Assembly: GCA_903918375.1 (NCBI GenBank)
Contig: CAIXED010000071.1
Coordinates: forward strand, 6,875-70,874
DNA length: 64,000 nucleotides
From: an uncultured Pseudomonadota bacterium
GTDB lineage: Bacteria; Pseudomonadota; Gammaproteobacteria; Methylococcales; Methylomonadaceae
Reading direction: 5' to 3'
Notes under the pieces: model-generated
What the model was told of the DNA's origin: nothing
Seen by the model: only the letters and a program-made list of their open reading frames with translations
Databases searched by the model: none
Shown here: positions 60,344-64,000 of the stretch, piece after piece
Position numbering within the stretch: position 1 is the stretch's first letter
Layout of the letters: every line of letters starts with the position of its first letter
Position numbers and translations under genes: made by a program

Positions 60344-60623
60344 TTGATTGCCCCGCTAGGCTTAGGCAAAGTGGTTGAATGAAGCGGAGGCACTGACGGA
60401 GCAACTCAAAAATGCGCCTGACGACAAGGCTCGAATCGATTTGGCCTTCGCTCACAGAAAACTATGGCGTGGCAGACGGGATAAGCGCGAGACCCACTGC
60501 GCAACATCAGTCATTTAAGTGATCTCGCAGATGAATGGACTTGGCAAATTGCCATTAGCGCAGACAGTAACGGCTGACAGGGTTACTATACACAGCAATT
60601 TTTTCTACCCCCACAATTCACCG

Positions 60624-61988
60624 ATGATGCTTTCTCACATTCTGCCTAAAGCCGAAATCTCGATTCGGGAAAATCTCAAATGGCTCTACATTCTCAGAAA
60701 CCTGATGCTGTTTACCGTGATGGTGACGGTGTTTGTGGTGGTGAAAATGATGAATGTGACGCTGCCGGAAAATCAATTATGGCTGGGGATTTTCGCGATT
60801 TCGATTCTCAATCTTTACACTTGGTTGCGGCTTCGCACCAAAGAAGAAGTCACCGAACACGAGATTTTCTCGCAAATCTGTATGGATGTTTTGGTGCTGG
60901 CCTATATGCTGTACCTCACTGGCGGTGCATCGAATCCGATTATTTGGGTGTTTTTGCTGCCGTTAATTGTCACCGCGATTATGCTGCCGCAAGCCTATGC
61001 GTGGAATATGGTGATTATTACTTCCAGTATTTACACCATGTTGATTACTTACAACATCCCTTTGCCAGCGATTGAGCCGCACATGATGCATGGCGATATG
61101 GCGCATATGACGCCGGATATGATGGAACAAATGCACTTGATTGCCGACCGTCGCTATTTCAATCTGCATATTTTCGGGATGTGGTTTGGTTTTGTGTTTA
61201 GTGCTGGCTTGGTGGCTTTTTTCGTCGTTGCCTTAGCGAAAACTTTAAAAGAGCGCGAGCGCAATTTGGCCGATGCTAGAGAAAGTGCCTTGCGGGATGA
61301 ACGAGTAGTTTCGTTAGGGACTCTGGCCGCTAGTGCCGCGCATGATATGGGGACGCCCTTAGGCACTATTGCGATTTTGGCGCATGAAATGATTGATGAT
61401 TTGCCGGTGAATCGTTTTCCAGAGCTACATGAAAAATTAGTCATCGTTCAACAGCAAATTGATCGCTGTAAACAAGCTTTATCGGTGATGTCGGCTTCGG
61501 CAGGTGAAATGCGCGCTGAATCAGGTAAGGTGATGTTGGTGAGTGAATATATTGATGAAGTGCTCAATCAATGGCGGACGCATAAAGCCGCGACCAAGCT
61601 AAAACTGTTTATCGAGCCTAAGGTCAATATGTCGGCACAGATTATTGCCGAGCGCACCGTGACCCATTCGGTTATTAATATTCTTAACAACGCCGCCGAA
61701 GCCACTCAAGCAGAGCAGGGGATAGAGTTTCATATCAATTGGGATGACGAATTGTTGAATCTGAAAATAAGGGATTTTGGCCCCGGCTTACCGACTGAGT
61801 TTTTGGACTTTGCTGGACACCAGCCAGTGAAAAGTAGCAAACAAGGCATGGGGGTGGGCTTGTTCTTAACCTATACCACCATCAAGCGCTTAGGCGGTAA
61901 AATACAATTCAGCAATCTCGATACTGGCGGTGCCTGTGTAGAAATCGAGTTGCCGCTATTAACAACTATGGAGAGTATTAATGACTGA
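60624..61988 (+). CDS. regB: RegB/PrrB/ActS-type redox-responsive sensor histidine kinase; start uncertain (ORF open from 60519)
   Basis: It has six TM-like segments, an H-box (LGTLAASAAHDMGTPL) and N/G boxes (INILNNAAEA, GMGVGLFL). It is paired with a RegA-type regulator. Confidence 0.7.
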   Translation: MMLSHILPKAEISIRENLKWLYILRNLMLFTVMVTVFVVVKMMNVTLPENQLWLGIFAISILNLYTWLRLRTKEEVTEHEIFSQICMDVLVLAYMLYLTGGASNPIIWVFLLPLIVTAIMLPQAYAWNMVIITSSIYTMLITYNIPLPAIEPHMMHGDMAHMTPDMMEQMHLIADRRYFNLHIFGMWFGFVFSAGLVAFFVVALAKTLKERERNLADARESALRDERVVSLGTLAASAAHDMGTPLGTIAILAHEMIDDLPVNRFPELHEKLVIVQQQIDRCKQALSVMSASAGEMRAESGKVMLVSEYIDEVLNQWRTHKAATKLKLFIEPKVNMSAQIIAERTVTHSVINILNNAAEATQAEQGIEFHINWDDELLNLKIRDFGPGLPTEFLDFAGHQPVKSSKQGMGVGLFLTYTTIKRLGGKIQFSNLDTGGACVEIELPLLTTMESIND

Positions 61989-62529
61989 ATTATCCACGGA
62001 CAAGCCTAATTTATTATTAGTTGACGACGACGTCACCTTTTGTTCGGTGCTAAAACCGGCTTTAGAAAAACGCAATTTTCAGGTAACGGTTGCCAATGAC
62101 ATTAGCAGCGCCATCGAATTAGCTGAAAAAATCGACCCTGAATATGCAGTGATTGATTTACGAATTGGTCATGAATCGGGATTAGAAATGGTGAAAACCT
62201 TAATCGAGCTGGATTCTAATACCCAAATCGTCATGCTGACTGGTTTTGCCAGCATCGCCACCGCGGTAGAAGCGATTAAATTGGGCGCAATTCATTACCT
62301 GACTAAACCCGCCAACGCTGATGAAATTGTCAGTGCTTTATACAAAAACGAAGGCGATACCACGGTCTCTATCAGCGATAGTCCACTCTCGGTCAAACGC
62401 TTGGAATGGGAGCATCTGCAAAAAGTCTTGATGCAACATGACGGTAATATCTCCGCTGCCGCCCGCGCCTTGAACATGCACCGCCGCACTCTGCAACGCA
62501 AGCTGGAAAAACGTCCGGTTAACAATTAA
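61981..62529 (+). CDS. regA: RegA/PrrA/ActR-type response regulator (REC + Fis-type HTH)
   Basis: It has LLLVDDD, an aspartate pocket and a C-terminal GNISAAARALNMHRRTLQRKLEKRP. Confidence 0.85.
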   Translation: MTELSTDKPNLLLVDDDVTFCSVLKPALEKRNFQVTVANDISSAIELAEKIDPEYAVIDLRIGHESGLEMVKTLIELDSNTQIVMLTGFASIATAVEAIKLGAIHYLTKPANADEIVSALYKNEGDTTVSISDSPLSVKRLEWEHLQKVLMQHDGNISAAARALNMHRRTLQRKLEKRPVNN

Positions 62530-62576
62530 TCCACGATAGCGATTAGCCAATCGCCATCACATCAAACAGGTGAACA

Positions 62577-63440
62577 ATGATTAGAAGCATGACCGCTTTT
62601 GCCGATGGCGAAATCGCAGTAGAAAACTTAACCATCCTTTGCGAACTGCGCTCGGTCAATCACCGTTACAGCGATGTCAGCGTCAAATTGCCAGAGCGTT
62701 TACGCTTTGTTGAAGCCGATGTTCGTCGCCTGATTGCCGACAAACTTAAACGCGGCAAAATCGAATGTGGCCTAAGTTATAAAAAACAACAAGGTAGCCA
62801 AAGCTTCGCTTTTAACAGCGAGGCGGTCGAAAAACTGCTCGCCGCTACCGCTAGTATTGAAGCCAAAATGAGCAATCCTCAAGCTTTTTCAGCGTTGGAG
62901 GTTTTAGCGTTTCCTGGCGTACAACAAGAAACCGAAGCCGACAAAGAAGCCTTGCGTGAAAAAATCATCACTTTGCTCAATAACACCTTGGACAAAATGC
63001 TGGAAACTCGCGCTAGAGAAGGCGCCCAATTGTCGCTACTCATCGCTGAACGCTGCGAAAAAATCAAGCAACTGGTCGCCGCGGCTCATAAGCGTATGCC
63101 AGAGGTGTTAAGCAATATCCGCAGCAAACTGCATTCGCGAGTAGTGGAAATGGTTGCCGAACCGAATTTTGATCGTTTGGAACAAGAGTTGGTGTTGCTG
63201 GCGCAGAAATTGGATGTTGATGAAGAATTGGATCGATTAGAAACCCATGTCACCGAAGTATTACGGGCTTTAAAACAACCTGAACCCACCGGTCGCCGAT
63301 TGGATTTCTTAATGCAGGAAATGAACCGCGAAGCGAACACTTTGGGATCTAAATCTGCCGATAGAGAAATGACCCAGATTTCGATTGATTTGAAAGTGTT
63401 GATTGAGCAGATGCGGGAGCAAATCCAGAACATTGAATAA
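62577..63440 (+). CDS. yicC: YicC family stress-induced protein (endoribonuclease YicC/YloC)
   Basis: It has MIRSMTAFA..., SVNHRY and a C-terminal EMNREANTLGSKS motif. Confidence 0.9.
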   Translation: MIRSMTAFADGEIAVENLTILCELRSVNHRYSDVSVKLPERLRFVEADVRRLIADKLKRGKIECGLSYKKQQGSQSFAFNSEAVEKLLAATASIEAKMSNPQAFSALEVLAFPGVQQETEADKEALREKIITLLNNTLDKMLETRAREGAQLSLLIAERCEKIKQLVAAAHKRMPEVLSNIRSKLHSRVVEMVAEPNFDRLEQELVLLAQKLDVDEELDRLETHVTEVLRALKQPEPTGRRLDFLMQEMNREANTLGSKSADREMTQISIDLKVLIEQMREQIQNIE

Positions 63441-63495
63441 CGTTCCAGACCTCGTGTTAAACTTTTCGTCAAATTAAAAGCAAGGATTTAACAAT

Positions 63496-63759
63496 ATGGC
63501 GACCATCACATTTGACACCCATAAATTTATTAGCACGCTAATTGAGGCAGGCTTTGAGGCAAAGCAGGCCGAAGCCGTTTCAGAAGCGTTTAAAGTGGCG
63601 CAAACAGATACTGATGTCGCTTCAAAACAGGATATAGAAAGCTTGCGGCAAGATATGAAGGTCAGCATGTCTGAGTTAAAAGTAGAGTTAATTAAGTGGG
63701 TCACTGGTGCATTAATTGCACAAGCCGCACTGATTGCTACTTTGGTTAAGTTGCTTTGA
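63496..63759 (+). CDS. DUF1640/CCDC90-like small coiled-coil membrane-anchored protein
   Basis: 87 aa with FDTHKFISTLIEAGFEAKQAEAVSEAF..., a coiled coil and a C-terminal TM. Confidence 0.55.
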   Translation: MATITFDTHKFISTLIEAGFEAKQAEAVSEAFKVAQTDTDVASKQDIESLRQDMKVSMSELKVELIKWVTGALIAQAALIATLVKLL

Positions 63760-63830
63760 TAAGAAATTGTGATTACGCAAGCCCATCGTTCAGCTAGTGG
63801 TTTTTGGATTGCAACCTAAGTCAATTACGG

Positions 63831-63855
63831 ACCCGTCTTGATGACGGGTTTTTTA
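63831..63855 (+). terminator. Intrinsic terminator
   Basis: ACCCGTC-ttgat-GACGGGT followed by TTTTTT. Confidence 0.7.
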
Positions 63856-64000
63856 TGTCTGTTTTTTCCAATCATTCCTCGTAAGTGTTGAAAACAAAGC
63901 GCAAATTTTAAAAATTAATAATGAACCTCTTCACCCTAGACAACCTACTCCCTTACTGGTCCGCCCCTCATCTCCAAGCTAACGCGATGATTTTAATCAA

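Noticed and set aside
60344-60520. A possible gene remnant after hsdS (EAEALTEQLKNAPDDKARIDLAFAHRKLWRGRRDKRETHCATSVI)
   Set aside because: It has no start codon or RBS and is too short to assign. It is mentioned only as part of the island boundary discussion.
63921-64000. An ATG-initiated ORF running off the window end (MNLFTLDNLLPYWSAPHLQANAMILI)
   Set aside because: Only 26 codons are visible, with no clear SD and no recognisable motif, so the evidence is insufficient.

Overview
The window is a gammaproteobacterial-type chromosome segment. The order is not resolved from sequence alone; a methylotroph-like lineage is only a guess. The core synteny is ordinary: ychF, ygfX/ygfZ, ctaA, deaD, rnfH-ratA, smpB, apbE, trpFBA-accD-folC-dedD-cvpA-purF-metZ, xseA, purA-hisZ-hflCKX-hfq, ettA, tcdA, mfd, regBA and yicC. 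Three accessory segments interrupt this core.

(1) nt 1 to ~8412 is the terminal part of a conjugative or integrative element. It carries a T4CP fragment, a zinc-ribbon mini-protein, a DotA/TraY-like membrane protein, a MOBF TrwC/TraI-type relaxase-helicase, a PARP-like ART-fold protein with an overlapping 58-aa ORF, an H-NS homologue and a small RHH-like ORF. It ends against the 3-prime end of a tRNA(CAU) gene.

(2) nt ~31797-35581 is a small islet. An Rpn (YhgA-like) nuclease gene is flanked by ~55-77 bp direct repeats. Immediately next to it is a visibly GC-richer single-gene cassette bounded by a perfect 12-bp direct repeat. The cassette encodes an 800-aa PD-(D/E)XK nuclease + STAND-like P-loop NTPase + unassigned C-terminal region.

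(3) nt ~53250-60560 is a type I R-M operon (hsdR, hsdM, DUF1016/YhcG-like nuclease, hsdS). Its hsdM is broken by a 1-nt frameshift in an A5 run.

The best candidate for an undescribed system is the nuclease-NTPase cassette beside rpn. A dense cluster of six perfect hairpins at 27486-27741 is unexplained. All family assignments come from motif recognition by eye; no database search was possible.
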